This document shows positions 10,226-20,261 of a DNA stretch of 64,000 bases, piece after piece. Numbering within the stretch: the stretch's first letter is position 1; the number at the start of each line of letters is the position of its first letter. The stretch is from an uncultured Acidimicrobiia bacterium. GTDB lineage: Bacteria; Actinomycetota; Acidimicrobiia; Acidimicrobiales; CAIXPF01. Where the stretch lies: assembly GCA_903921205.1 (NCBI GenBank), contig CAIXPF010000139.1, positions 71,733 to 135,732 of the forward strand, given 5' to 3'. The position numbers and the translations under genes are program-made. Below the pieces are notes generated by a model. It searched no databases. It was not told where the DNA came from and was given only the letters and a program-made list of their open reading frames with translations.

Positions 10226-11458
10226 TCAGTCGCGACCGCCGGGCTGGTTGAGTTCCCGGAACGGGACGTGTTTGTCGACGCGTGGTTCCGGCGGCAGCCC
10301 GAGGTCGCGTTCACCGAGGATGTTCCGCTGGATCTCGTCGGTGCCGCCCGCGATGGACAGCCCCGGGCTGAACAGGGCCATCTCGGCCACGAGGCCGTCC
10401 CGTGCGGCGTCGGGTCCGGTGAGCGTGCCGCCGGGGCCGAGCAGGCGCAGGGAGACGTCACGGACCTCGCGCAGCAGGTGGGTGGCGGCGAGCTTGCCGG
10501 CGCTGGCCGGCAGTGACCCGGCGTTGTAGCGGGCGAGGCGAACCTGGGTGGCCACCGACGCCGCCCACTGACGGGCGACGGCGTCGCCGGTACGGTCTGC
10601 ATCGGCGAGCAACTCGGTGACGAGGTCCATGGCGCCCTGGCCCTGGGTGAGGGCGAAGGGCCCGGTGCCGTCGTCGGCCCCGGGGTTGGTCCCGCCGCCG
10701 ACGAACGATCCGGCCGGGGCCCCGAGGTCGAGGTCGCCCTGGATGCCGGAGACGTCGGCGTCGGCGTCGAGGCTGTCGCGCTCGTGGCCGAGCAGCCGCA
10801 GGGCCACGCCCCAACCACCACCGAGCTCGCCCACGAGGTTGTCGTGGCGGACCCTGGCGTCGGTGAGGAAGACCTCGTTGAACTCGGCGGTGCCGGTCAT
10901 CTGCCGCAACGGCCGGACCTCGACACCGGGCTGGTCCATGTCGATGAGGAAGAAGCTGAGCCCGGCGTGTTTCGGCACGTCGGAGTCGGTGCGGGCGACG
11001 AGGATGGCCCACCGGGCGTAGTGGCCCCCGGAGGTCCACACCTTCTGGCCGTTGACGATCCATTCGTCGCCGTCACGCACGGCGCGGGTCTGGACCCCGG
11101 CGAGGTCGCTGCCGGCCCCCGGTTCGGAGAACAGCTGACACCAGATCTCGCTGCCGTTGGCGATGGCCGGCAGGTAGCGCTGCTGCTGCGCCGGGGTTCC
11201 GACCTCCATCAGGGTGGGGCCGACCATCATCGTGGCGATGCCCTGGGGGCCGCCGAAGGCGCCGACCTCGCGCCGGGCCCTGGCCACGGCCTTGCCGCCG
11301 GCTGCGTCGAGCCCCTTGCCGAAGAACGCCTCGGGCCAGGCCGGAAAGCCCCAGCCGCTGTCGGCGAGCAGTTGCCACCAGTCGCGCAGCGGCAGTTGGG
11401 GGTTCCAGTTGGACCGGAACCAGGCCAGGGCGTCGCGATAGGCATCCTCGGGGGTCAT
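10226..11458 (-). CDS. Acyl-CoA dehydrogenase family protein
   Basis: 410 aa with ACAD blocks (WCQLFSEPGAGSDLAGVQTRA, GQKVWTSG, SIAGGTDEIQRNI). Confidence 0.85.
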   Translation of the reverse strand: MTPEDAYRDALAWFRSNWNPQLPLRDWWQLLADSGWGFPAWPEAFFGKGLDAAGGKAVARARREVGAFGGPQGIATMMVGPTLMEVGTPAQQQRYLPAIANGSEIWCQLFSEPGAGSDLAGVQTRAVRDGDEWIVNGQKVWTSGGHYARWAILVARTDSDVPKHAGLSFFLIDMDQPGVEVRPLRQMTGTAEFNEVFLTDARVRHDNLVGELGGGWGVALRLLGHERDSLDADADVSGIQGDLDLGAPAGSFVGGGTNPGADDGTGPFALTQGQGAMDLVTELLADADRTGDAVARQWAASVATQVRLARYNAGSLPASAGKLAATHLLREVRDVSLRLLGPGGTLTGPDAARDGLVAEMALFSPGLSIAGGTDEIQRNILGERDLGLPPEPRVDKHVPFRELNQPGGRD

Positions 11459-11524
11459 GGGGCGACGGTACCGCAGCGTGAGGGTCCGTCGGGCTGTCGG
11501 CCACCCGGTCAGCTGGCCACCCGG

Positions 11525-12583
11525 TCAGCTGGTCGGGCGTTGGCCGGCGGCCCGGGGCCCGGCCTCGTGGCCGACCCGACCGCGCAGGAGGTTGTCCTGC
11601 GCCCACTCGGGCGAACGTCCTTCGTGACAGACGGCGTACACGTGCTGGGCGATGGGCATCGAGACGCGGTGGCGGCGGGCGAGCTCGCGCACGGCCCGTA
11701 CCGCCTTCACCCCTTCGGCCACCTGGTCCATCCCGGCGAGCACCTCGGTGAGGGTGCGGCCCTCGCCGAGCTGGTGGCCGACCTGGAAGTTCCGGCTCTG
11801 CGGGCTGATGCAGGTGGCCATGAGATCGCCGAGCCCGGCGAGGCCGGCCAGGGTCAGCGGCTCGCCGCCGAGCGCCGTGCCCAACTCGATCAGCTCCGCC
11901 ACGCCCCGGGTGATGATGGCTGCCCGGGCGTTGTCACCGAGTCGTCGGCCCTCCACCGAGCCGGCGGCGATGGCGTAGACGTTCTTGATGGCGCCGCCGA
12001 CCTCGCAGCCGACGACGTCGTGATGGGTGAAGACCCGGAAGGTGGGTGTGGTGAAGACGGGCTGCAGCGTCGCGGCGAGGGGGAAGTCGGTCATGGCCAG
12101 CACGGCCGCGGCCGGCAAACCGGCCAGGATCTCCTTCGCGAGGTTCGGCCCGGTGAGCACGCCGAGGGGATGGCCCGGCAGTTCCTGGCCGAGGACCTCG
12201 GTCATGCGCAGGTTGGTGCCCGCCTCGAACCCCTTCGCGAGGCTGATCACCGGGGTGCCGGGTGTCGCGAGCAGCTCGACGAGGGAGGCGGCGGTCCGGC
12301 GTACGGCCTCGGTGGGTAGGGCGAGGACCACGACGTCGGCGTCGCCCACCGCGGCCTCGAGGTCGGTCGTCGCCTGCAGCGCGGTGTGCAACGGGAATCC
12401 GGGCAGGTACCGGTCGTTCACCCGCCGGAGGTTGATCGCCTCCACCGTCGCCGGGTCGCGCGCCCAGAGGGTCGTCGGCGTGTTGTGGGCGCAGAGGTGG
12501 GCGACGGTGGTGCCCCACGACCCGCCGCCGAGGACGGTGACGGTGATCGCTGGCTGGGGGACGCCACCCGGTCTTGGGGCCAC
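11525..12583 (-). CDS. gpsA: NAD(P)H-dependent glycerol-3-phosphate dehydrogenase
   Basis: ITVTVLGGGSWGTTVAHL... and GAIKNVYAIAAG... are GpsA signatures. The exact start is uncertain because several in-frame starts are possible. Confidence 0.9.
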   Translation of the reverse strand: MAPRPGGVPQPAITVTVLGGGSWGTTVAHLCAHNTPTTLWARDPATVEAINLRRVNDRYLPGFPLHTALQATTDLEAAVGDADVVVLALPTEAVRRTAASLVELLATPGTPVISLAKGFEAGTNLRMTEVLGQELPGHPLGVLTGPNLAKEILAGLPAAAVLAMTDFPLAATLQPVFTTPTFRVFTHHDVVGCEVGGAIKNVYAIAAGSVEGRRLGDNARAAIITRGVAELIELGTALGGEPLTLAGLAGLGDLMATCISPQSRNFQVGHQLGEGRTLTEVLAGMDQVAEGVKAVRAVRELARRHRVSMPIAQHVYAVCHEGRSPEWAQDNLLRGRVGHEAGPRAAGQRPTS

Positions 12584-12647
12584 ACCGGCAGGTTAGGGGA
12601 GGCCGTGACGCGACACGGCCAGGGCATCGAGCCCTGGCCGTGGGTGG

Positions 12648-12731
12648 TGCGCGAGGGGGGAGTTGAACCCCCACGTCCTTTCGGACACAGGAACCTGAAT
12701 CCTGCGCGTCTGCCTATTCCGCCACTCGCGC
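12648..12731 (-). tRNA. tRNA-Leu (anticodon CAG)
   Basis: The reverse complement reads GCGCGAGTGGCGGAATAGGCAGACGCGCAGGATTCAGGTTCCTGTGTCCGAAAGGACGTGGGGGTTCAACTCCCCCCTCGCGCA. It has a 7-bp acceptor stem, anticodon loop TTCAGGT, a long variable arm and a GGTTCAACTCC T-arm. Confidence 0.9.
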
Positions 12732-12810
12732 GTGACAGGCCTTGCAGGATAGCGCGCTCGGGACGACGGGGCGAAAGAGATCACAACCGGTGGGGCACTA
12801 ACCTGGGCTC

Positions 12811-13470
12811 GTGGTGCTGCGGTCGATAGAACGCCGCCTGGAGACGCTGGTCGAAGGGGTCTTCGCCCGCGCCTTCCGTTCCGGCCTGCGCCCGGTGGAA
12901 CTGGGTCGCCGGTTGCTGCGCGAGCTGGACGACGGTCGCAGCGTCGGGGTGTCCGGCCGGACGGTCGTTCCGAACGCCTTCTCGATCCTGCTCGGTCCCC
13001 AGGACGCCGAGGGCTTCGAGTCGGTGTCCGCATCGTTGGTGCGCGAGTTGTCCGATCTGGTGCGCGAACACGCACGCCAGGAGGGCTACCACTTCATGGG
13101 CCCGGTCAAGGTCAACCTGGTGACCGAGGAGGGACGCCGTCCGGGAACGTTCGCGGTGATCGGCCAGTTCCTCGAGGCCGGCCTCGGTGCGGGGGCCGGG
13201 TCGCTGGTGTTGCCGGGCGGGCAGCGGGTCGTGCTCGCCGAGGTCGTCACGACCGTCGGCCGCCTGCCCGACTGCGGGGTGCAGTTGGTGGACGCCAGCG
13301 TCAGCCGGGTCCATGCCGAGGTCCGGGCCAGGGGAGACGGCTTCGTGGTGGTGGATCTGGGTTCCACGAATGGCACCAGGGTCAACGGGGTCCGGGTCGG
13401 CGAGCGTGCCCTGGCCGATGGCGACGAGCTGCAGTTCGGCACGGTGCCGGTGCGCTTCTCGGCGTCCTGA
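12811..13470 (+). CDS. fhaA: FHA-domain protein FhaA (DUF3662 plus FHA)
   Basis: The N-terminus VLRSIERRLETLVEGVFARAFRSGLRPVELGRRLLRELDD is the FhaA/DUF3662 signature. The C-terminal FHA domain reads GRLPDCGVQLVDASVSRVHAEV...VVDLGSTNGTRVNG. Confidence 0.85.
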   Translation: MVLRSIERRLETLVEGVFARAFRSGLRPVELGRRLLRELDDGRSVGVSGRTVVPNAFSILLGPQDAEGFESVSASLVRELSDLVREHARQEGYHFMGPVKVNLVTEEGRRPGTFAVIGQFLEAGLGAGAGSLVLPGGQRVVLAEVVTTVGRLPDCGVQLVDASVSRVHAEVRARGDGFVVVDLGSTNGTRVNGVRVGERALADGDELQFGTVPVRFSAS

Positions 13471-13487
13471 GGGACGGGTAGGTACTC

Positions 13488-13994
13488 GTGCCGGACCAAC
13501 TGCTGCAGGTGCTGAAGCTGTGCTTGCTGGTGTTGCTCTACCTCTTCTTCGTCCGGGTCACCCGGGCGGTGTGGGTCGAGGTCGCCGGCCCGCGGTTGCG
13601 CCGGACGGGCCGTCGGGCCACCGCAGGCGACCTCCAGGCACCGGTGGCCCCCGAGCCTGCTCGCCCGGTCGCGGCGGCCGCGTCGCAGCGACCGGGGGGT
13701 GCTGCGCCCGCTGCGATGGTGGTCGTCGCTCCACAGGATGCAGCCGGCCGGCGTTTCGAGCTGACCGACGAGCTGACCCTCGGGCGGGCTGCCGGTTGCC
13801 ACATCGCCGTCGAGGACACCTACGTTTCGCAGGTGCATGCCCGGGTGTTCCGGCGCGACGGCGCCTTCTACGTCGAGGATCTCGGATCGACGAACGGTAC
13901 GTTGCTCGACGGTCGAGCGGTATCCGGTCCGGCCCTGGTCGAGCCAGGTGGACGGGTCCAGGTCGGCTCGACGGTGCTGGAGCTGGTGACGTGA
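13488..13994 (+). CDS. fhaB: FHA-domain protein FhaB (N-terminal TM helix plus FHA)
   Basis: A hydrophobic N-terminus (LLQVLKLCLLVLLYLFFV) is followed by a C-terminal FHA domain (LGRAAGCHIAVEDTYVSQVHARV...VEDLGSTNGTLLDG). Confidence 0.85.
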   Translation: MPDQLLQVLKLCLLVLLYLFFVRVTRAVWVEVAGPRLRRTGRRATAGDLQAPVAPEPARPVAAAASQRPGGAAPAAMVVVAPQDAAGRRFELTDELTLGRAAGCHIAVEDTYVSQVHARVFRRDGAFYVEDLGSTNGTLLDGRAVSGPALVEPGGRVQVGSTVLELVT

Positions 13995-15334
13995 CGCGTC
14001 TGGTCGGAGCGGCCTGCAGCGATGTCGGGCGGGTGCGCGCCATCAACCAGGACTCGGCGCTGGCGCAGTACGACCTCCCGGTGTTCGCCGTGGCTGACGG
14101 GATGGGCGGGCACCGGGGCGGCGAGGTGGCCTCGGCGCTGGCCATCGAGGAGCTCGGGGCGCGCCTCGGCGACGCCGCGCGGTCGGGTCGGGTCGAGTCG
14201 GTCGAGGTCCTCGTCGAGGCGGTGCTCGCCGCGAACGACCGGGTGTTCGAGCACGCGGTCGGCGACCCGGAGCTGAAGGGCATGGGCACGACGCTGGTCG
14301 CCCTGGCCCTCGTCGAGGCCGGTCGGGGGATCGCCGTCGGCCTGGCGAACGTCGGTGACAGCCGCGTCTATCGGTTAGCCGACGGGGTCCTCGAACAGCT
14401 CACCGAGGACCATTCCCTGGTCCAGGGCCTGGTCCGGCAGGGTCAGATCACCGCGGCGGAAGCGGCCGTGCACCCGCTGCGCAACGTGGTCACCCGGGTC
14501 ATCGGGGTCGAGGCGGATGTCGATGTGGACTGGTGGGAGCGTCCGGCGGTGCCCGGGGAGCGCTACCTGCTGTGCAGCGACGGGCTGTTCAACGAGGTGA
14601 GCGACACCCGTATCGCCGCCACGCTGCGACTGCTGGCGGATCCCTTCGAGGCCGCTCGGGCGTTGGTGGTGCTGGCGAATGACGGGGGAGGGCGCGACAA
14701 CATCACCTGTGTCGTCGTCGACGTGGTGGCCGGCGAGGAGATCCCCGCGCTCGAACCCGGTCCGACCGCGGCGGTCGAGCTCGCAGCCGAGCTGGAGCCG
14801 CCGGAACCGCCCCCGCTGCCGCGTCCCCGGCGGTTCACCGGCCGGGTGGTGGCTTTCCTGGTGCTGCTGGTCGCGCTCGGGGCCCTGACCGTCGTGGCGG
14901 TTCGCACCTGGGCCCAGAATGCCTATTTCGTCGATCTGGACGCCTCCCAGCACCTGGTGATCTACCAGGGACGTCCCGACGGCGTGCTGTGGTTCGATCC
15001 CGAGCTCGTCGCGGTGACCGACATCGAGCAGCGTGACCTCACGCCGGCCCAGCTCGGTCGCCTACCCCACCAGAGCAGTTCCCTGGAGGAGGCCCGTACC
15101 TGGGCGAACAAGCTCGCCGCGGTGCCGGTATCCACATCGACCACCGCCACATCGACCACCGGGGCGGCGAACGCCACGCAACCGGTGCCCCCGTCGACCA
15201 CCGTGGCACCGTCGACCACCGTGGCGCCGGCGATCGCCGTCGCTCCTGTGGTCGCACCGGCCGTCCCGACGCCGGCGGCGAACGCCTCTGCGCCGACCCC
15301 GGGCGCCACGCCGAGTTCCGCCCCGAGCACCTGA
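13991..15334 (+). CDS. pstP: PP2C-family Ser/Thr phosphatase (PstP-like) with C-terminal TM segment and Pro/Thr-rich tail
   Basis: GTG 13991 overlaps the fhaB stop. PP2C motifs are present (VGRVRAINQDS, FAVADGMGGHRGGEVAS, LLCSDGL, NDGGGRDNITCVVVD), followed by a TM helix (VVAFLVLLVALGALTVVAV). Confidence 0.9.
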   Translation: MTRLVGAACSDVGRVRAINQDSALAQYDLPVFAVADGMGGHRGGEVASALAIEELGARLGDAARSGRVESVEVLVEAVLAANDRVFEHAVGDPELKGMGTTLVALALVEAGRGIAVGLANVGDSRVYRLADGVLEQLTEDHSLVQGLVRQGQITAAEAAVHPLRNVVTRVIGVEADVDVDWWERPAVPGERYLLCSDGLFNEVSDTRIAATLRLLADPFEAARALVVLANDGGGRDNITCVVVDVVAGEEIPALEPGPTAAVELAAELEPPEPPPLPRPRRFTGRVVAFLVLLVALGALTVVAVRTWAQNAYFVDLDASQHLVIYQGRPDGVLWFDPELVAVTDIEQRDLTPAQLGRLPHQSSSLEEARTWANKLAAVPVSTSTTATSTTGAANATQPVPPSTTVAPSTTVAPAIAVAPVVAPAVPTPAANASAPTPGATPSSAPST

Positions 15335-15335
15335 C

Positions 15336-16664
15336 ATGGTCCGAGCCCGCCGTAGGACCGAGCTCGGACTGCTCCTGCTGGCCGCGCTGATCGTGACCGG
15401 TGCGTACGCCCTGGCCTCGCTCAGCCGCGCCGCGGCGCTGCCGGGTGATCTGGGCTGGTTCATCGGGGTCGTGGTCGGGCTGTTCGTGGTCGGACACCTG
15501 GCGATCCGCCGGTTGGCGTCGGACGCCGACCCGTTGCTGTTGCCCCTTGCGGGCCTGCTCAACGGCCTCGGCTTCGTCTTCATCGCCCGCATGAACGCCG
15601 ATCTGGCGGCGGCACAAGCCATGTGGAGCCTCGTCGGCATGGCCGGCTTCGTGGTGACCCTCGGCCTCATCCGGCGGACCCGGTCCCTCGAGAGCTATCG
15701 CTACAGCTTCGCCGCCCTCGGCATCGGGCTGTTGCTGCTGCCCTCGTTGCCGGTGATCGGCCGGGAGATCAACGGTGCGCAGATCTGGATCTCGGTCGGG
15801 CCGATGAGCTTCCAGCCGGCCGAGGCGGCGAAGCTCGCCCTGGCGGCCTTCCTGGCCGGCTACCTCGTCGACAAGCGCGAGCTGTTGGCGTTGTCGTCGC
15901 GCCGACTGGGGCCGCTGTACCTGCCCGACCCCCGACACCTGGGCCCGTTGCTGGTGGCCTGGGGCGTGTCGCTGCTGGTGATGGTGAACCAGAAGGATCT
16001 GGGGTCTTCCCTGTTGTTCTTCACGCTGTTCGTGGTGTTGGTGTGGGTGGCGACGGGGCGGGCCGCCTACCTGGTGCTCGGCGGCCTGCTGTTCGGGGCC
16101 GGCGCGTTCGGGGCCTATCACCTCTTCGGCCACGTCCGTGACCGGGTGAGCATCTGGCTCGATCCGTGGCCGGTGGCCAAAGGTGCCGGCTACCAGGTGG
16201 TGGAGGCGGCGTTCGCCATGGCCGACGGCGGGCTGACGGGGACCGGCCTCGGGTTGGGCAACGCCGGTCGCATCCCGGCACGGGAGACCGACTTCATCTT
16301 CGCCGTGGTGGCCGAGGAGCTCGGCCTGGTCGGTGCGACCGCAGTCCTGCTGGCCTACCTGTTGCTGATCGGTTGCGGCCTGCGGATCGCCCTGCAGAGC
16401 GACTACCCCTTCGAGAAGCTGTTCGCCACGGGCCTGACCACCCTGCTGGGGTTCCAGGCGTTCGTGATCGTCGCCGGGGTCACCCGGGTGCTCCCGCTGA
16501 CCGGGGTCACCCTGCCGTTCATGTCCTTCGGCGGTTCCTCACTGTTGGCGAACTACGTGCTGATCGCGTTGCTGGTGCGCATCTCCGACGAGACGGCCAA
16601 ACGGACCACCGTGGTCCAGGAAGACCCGCAGCGGCCGGTCGGGGTGGCGGGGGTAGGGGGGTGA
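15336..16664 (+). CDS. rodA: FtsW/RodA/SpoVE family peptidoglycan glycosyltransferase (RodA-like)
   Basis: A multi-TM SEDS protein. It contains QPAEAAKLALAAFLAGYL and ETDFIFAVVAEELGLVG blocks. ATG 15336 follows the pstP stop directly. Confidence 0.9.
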   Translation: MVRARRRTELGLLLLAALIVTGAYALASLSRAAALPGDLGWFIGVVVGLFVVGHLAIRRLASDADPLLLPLAGLLNGLGFVFIARMNADLAAAQAMWSLVGMAGFVVTLGLIRRTRSLESYRYSFAALGIGLLLLPSLPVIGREINGAQIWISVGPMSFQPAEAAKLALAAFLAGYLVDKRELLALSSRRLGPLYLPDPRHLGPLLVAWGVSLLVMVNQKDLGSSLLFFTLFVVLVWVATGRAAYLVLGGLLFGAGAFGAYHLFGHVRDRVSIWLDPWPVAKGAGYQVVEAAFAMADGGLTGTGLGLGNAGRIPARETDFIFAVVAEELGLVGATAVLLAYLLLIGCGLRIALQSDYPFEKLFATGLTTLLGFQAFVIVAGVTRVLPLTGVTLPFMSFGGSSLLANYVLIALLVRISDETAKRTTVVQEDPQRPVGVAGVGG

Positions 16665-18166
16665 ACGGTCGGATCTCCAAGGTCGGCGTCGTGCTGATCG
16701 TCTGCTTCGTGGCGCTGTTCGTCCAACTGAACCGGGTCCAGGTGTTCGAGGCAGCAGGGCTGAACGCCCATCCGGAGAACCTGCGCTCGATCGACCGCAG
16801 CTACGAGCGCAGCCGAGGGATCGTGGCCACCGCCGACGGTGTGGTTCTCGCCCGCTCCGTCGACACGCCCGGCAGCGATTTCGCCCGGCGCCGTGAGTTC
16901 CCCGAGGGGGAGCTGTTCTCCCAGGTGACCGGCTACTACTCGTTCGAGTACGGGGCGGACGGGGTGGAGCGGGCGTTCAGCGACGAGCTGGCAGGCCTGA
17001 CCGACGCGCAGCGCTACGACCGGTTCAGCGATCTCTTCGTCGACCGCGACCGATCGGCCGACATCACGCTCACCCTGCGCAGCGACGTGCAGCAGGCCGC
17101 CCGGACCGCGCTCGGCGATCGCAAGGGTTCTGTGGTGGTGCTCGATCCGCGGACCGGTGCGGTGCTGGCGCTGTGGTCCTATCCGAGCTACGACCCGAAC
17201 CGTCTCTCCGGTGACGACATCGAGGCGGTGCGGGCGGCCTGGGACGACCTCGATGCCGATCCGGAACGACCGATGCTCGGCCGTGCCTACCGGGAGCGCT
17301 ACGCGCCGGGGTCGACGTTCAAGGTCGTGACCGGGGCGATCGGGGTGGAGTCCGGCGCGGTAACCGCCACCAGCCCGGTCTTCCCGATGGTGTCCTCCTA
17401 CACGCCGCCCGCCTCGCGTAACCCCATCGGCAACTTCGGCGGCATGGTGTGTGGCGGAACGCTGGTCGAGATCTTCACGGTGTCCTGCAACAGCGCGTTC
17501 GCGCAGATGGGAACCGAGTTGATCGGCCCGTCGAAGATGGTGTCCGGGGTGGGTCGGTTCGGCTTCAACACCACCGTGCCGTTCGACCTGCCTGCCTCCG
17601 CCATCTCGGTGTTCCCGGTGCGCTACGGCGCCGAGTTGTCGCCGGGCGTCTACGAGGACTCGGCCCGTCTGGCCCAGGCGTCGATCGGCCAGAACGATGT
17701 GGCGGCCACGCCGTTGACCATGGCGGTCGTGGCGTCGGCGATTGCGAACGACGGTGCCGTGATGAGTCCGCACGTCGTCGAACGCATCGAGTCGCGCGAC
17801 GCCAAGGTGCTCTTCCAGAGTGTGCCCACCCGGTGGCAGCGAGCGGTTTCGCCGTCGACGGCCGCCCTCATACGGCAGGGTATGGAATCGGTGGTGACGC
17901 AGGGAACGGCCCGGGCGCTGGCGATCGACGGGGCCGAGGTTGGGGCCAAGACGGGCACGGCCGAGGTCGGTGACGGCGAGGCGACCAATGCCTGGGTCAT
18001 CGGCTACGCCGGCGTGCCCGGTGCTGTCCCGTCGGTGGCGTTCGCGGTGATCGTCGAGGCCGATCCGGGGATCGGCGAGCAGACCGGCGGCCGGATCGCC
18101 GCCCCGATCGCCCGGGCGGTGGTCGAGCAGGCCCTCAAACCCATGCAGCCCGTTCTGGGCGGTTGA
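16661..18166 (+). CDS. pbpA: Class B penicillin-binding protein (PbpA-like transpeptidase)
   Basis: GTG 16661 overlaps the rodA stop. It has an N-terminal TM anchor and the transpeptidase motifs PGSTFK, SCN and KTGTAE. Confidence 0.9.
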   Translation: MNGRISKVGVVLIVCFVALFVQLNRVQVFEAAGLNAHPENLRSIDRSYERSRGIVATADGVVLARSVDTPGSDFARRREFPEGELFSQVTGYYSFEYGADGVERAFSDELAGLTDAQRYDRFSDLFVDRDRSADITLTLRSDVQQAARTALGDRKGSVVVLDPRTGAVLALWSYPSYDPNRLSGDDIEAVRAAWDDLDADPERPMLGRAYRERYAPGSTFKVVTGAIGVESGAVTATSPVFPMVSSYTPPASRNPIGNFGGMVCGGTLVEIFTVSCNSAFAQMGTELIGPSKMVSGVGRFGFNTTVPFDLPASAISVFPVRYGAELSPGVYEDSARLAQASIGQNDVAATPLTMAVVASAIANDGAVMSPHVVERIESRDAKVLFQSVPTRWQRAVSPSTAALIRQGMESVVTQGTARALAIDGAEVGAKTGTAEVGDGEATNAWVIGYAGVPGAVPSVAFAVIVEADPGIGEQTGGRIAAPIARAVVEQALKPMQPVLGG

Positions 18167-18186
18167 TCACTAAGGTTGGCGCCGAC

Positions 18187-20232
18187 ATGACTGACAGCGA
18201 ACCCGTCATCCTCAGCGGGCGGTACGAACTGCACAGCCGCATCGCGCGCGGCGGGATGGCCGAGGTCTACCTCGCCCGCGATCAGCTCCTCGATCGGCTG
18301 GTGGCGATCAAGGTCCTGTTCCCCGAGTTCGCCGTGGACCCGTCGTTCGTGGAGCGGTTCCGGCGTGAGGCGCAGGCGGCGGCGAACCTGACCCATGCTT
18401 CGATCGTCGGCGTGTTCGACTGGGGTTCCTACGAGAGCACCTACTTCATCGTCATGGAGTACGTGCGGGGCCGTGCGCTGTCGGAGATCCTGCGCGCCGA
18501 GGGCACGCTGAGTCCCGAGCGGGCTGCCGACATCGTCCTCGATATCGCCGGGGCGCTGTCCTTCGCACACCGCAACGGGGTGGTCCACCGGGACGTCAAG
18601 CCCGGCAACGTGCTCATCTCGCCGCAGGGTCAGGTGAAGGTCGCCGATTTCGGGATCGCCCGGGCGATGTCCGGTTCGGGGGACGAGAACCTCACCCAGA
18701 CCGGATCGGTGATGGGGACCGCCACCTACTTCTCGCCGGAACAGGCGCAGGGCATGGCGGTCGATCCCCGGTCAGACCTCTACTCCCTGGGCGTGGTGCT
18801 CTACGAGATGCTGGCCGGGCGGCCGCCCTTCTCAGGTGAAGGTCCGGTGGCGATCGCCTACAAGCACGTGCAGGAACCAGCCGTTCCGCTCCGTCGGCTC
18901 GATCCGTCGGTGCCGGTCGACCTGGAGTCGATCTGCATGAAGCTGCTGGCGAAGAACCCCGACGACCGGTACGCCTCGGCCGAGGACCTCCGCGCCGATC
19001 TCCGTCGTTTCCGCGAGGGTCAGCCGGTGCTCGCCCCAGCGGTGTCCGACAGCGGCGCGGATGCGGCCACGAGCGCGATTCCCGGTCTCGCAGGCGCGGC
19101 AGCGGCTGGCCGTTCGACGGCAGCGGCTCGCACGAACCCCTACGGCCAGTTGCGTGACACCGACGGCACCGCGGTGCTGCCAGGGGTGATCGGCACCGAC
19201 GATCCCTACGAGCCGCCGCGTCGCACTGCCGTGTTCGTCGCCGTCCTGGTCGGCCTGCTCGTCGTGCTCGGCGGCCTGCTCTTTGCGCTGTCCCGGGTGC
19301 TCGGTTCCGACGGGGGCGGCTCGGGTTCGCGGGTCACCCACATCGTGCCCAACGTGGTCGGCACCGACTACCGGACGGCGCAGGTGCAACTGGAGGCACT
19401 GAAACTGGTCGTCCGCATCGACCGGGTGAAGAACGTGCAGGTGCCGATCGACCAGGTGATCACCCAGAACCCGCTTGCCGGCGTGAAGGCCGAGGAGGGT
19501 TCGACCGTCGTACTGACGGTCAGTTCGGCCGACACCCTGGTGGCGATGCCGAACCTGGTGGGCACCACGGAGACCGACGCACGCAAGGTGTTGACGGGGC
19601 TCGGCTTCACGAGTGTGACCGCAACCAAGCTGGAGAGCACCAAGCCGACCGGGGAGGTTCTCGAGCAGACACCGAAGGCCGGCAGTCAGGTCGAGAAGTC
19701 GACCCCGATCGTGCTCGTGGTTTCCGGTGGCGGAAAGATGATCACGCTGCCCTCGGTCGCCGGGAAGACCTGTGACGAGGCTCGTAAGGCCATCGTGGCC
19801 GCCGGGGTGCGGGAGGCGAAGGTTTCCTGTCTCGACACGCCGAACGCAACTGTCGACAAGGGGAAGGTCATCGGCACCGACCCCCAGGGTCAGGTGTCCT
19901 CGGATGCAGATGTCAAGGTGCTCGTGTCCTCCGGTCCGTCGAAGGTCCGGGTTCCCTCGGTCATCGGCCTGACTCAGTCCAGCGCCGAAAGCCAACTGCT
20001 CGGTGCCGGACTCAGGGTACGCGTCGAGTTCGAGCCCCGCGCCGACCGGATCGATCGGGTCATCAACCAGTCGCCGAGCGAGGGCAATGAGGTCGATGCC
20101 GGATCGACCGTCACCATCGTGGTCGGCACGGCACCGACGCCGACCACGACCCCGACCACAGCACCGGCCACCACGACCACGGCACCGGCCACCACGACCA
20201 CGGCACCGGCCACCACGACCACCGGCGCCTGA
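18187..20232 (+). CDS. pknB: Ser/Thr protein kinase with extracellular PASTA repeats (PknB-like)
   Basis: Hanks kinase motifs are present (GGMAEVYLA, HRDVKPGNVL, DFGIA, YFSPEQA), followed by a TM helix (VFVAVLVGLLVVLGGLLFAL), four PASTA-like repeats (VPNVVG.., MPNLVG.., LPSVAG.., VPSVIG..) and a Thr/Pro-rich tail. Confidence 0.9.
   Translation: MTDSEPVILSGRYELHSRIARGGMAEVYLARDQLLDRLVAIKVLFPEFAVDPSFVERFRREAQAAANLTHASIVGVFDWGSYESTYFIVMEYVRGRALSEILRAEGTLSPERAADIVLDIAGALSFAHRNGVVHRDVKPGNVLISPQGQVKVADFGIARAMSGSGDENLTQTGSVMGTATYFSPEQAQGMAVDPRSDLYSLGVVLYEMLAGRPPFSGEGPVAIAYKHVQEPAVPLRRLDPSVPVDLESICMKLLAKNPDDRYASAEDLRADLRRFREGQPVLAPAVSDSGADAATSAIPGLAGAAAAGRSTAAARTNPYGQLRDTDGTAVLPGVIGTDDPYEPPRRTAVFVAVLVGLLVVLGGLLFALSRVLGSDGGGSGSRVTHIVPNVVGTDYRTAQVQLEALKLVVRIDRVKNVQVPIDQVITQNPLAGVKAEEGSTVVLTVSSADTLVAMPNLVGTTETDARKVLTGLGFTSVTATKLESTKPTGEVLEQTPKAGSQVEKSTPIVLVVSGGGKMITLPSVAGKTCDEARKAIVAAGVREAKVSCLDTPNATVDKGKVIGTDPQGQVSSDADVKVLVSSGPSKVRVPSVIGLTQSSAESQLLGAGLRVRVEFEPRADRIDRVINQSPSEGNEVDAGSTVTIVVGTAPTPTTTPTTAPATTTTAPATTTTAPATTTTGA
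20161..20223 (+). repeat. 3 x 21-bp tandem repeat encoding (APATTTT)n at the pknB 3' end
   Basis: gcaccggccaccacgaccacg is repeated three times head to tail and is in frame (21 = 7 codons). Confidence 0.85.
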
Positions 20233-20261
20233 CCCCGAACTCCAGGCGGTAGATTCTCCAC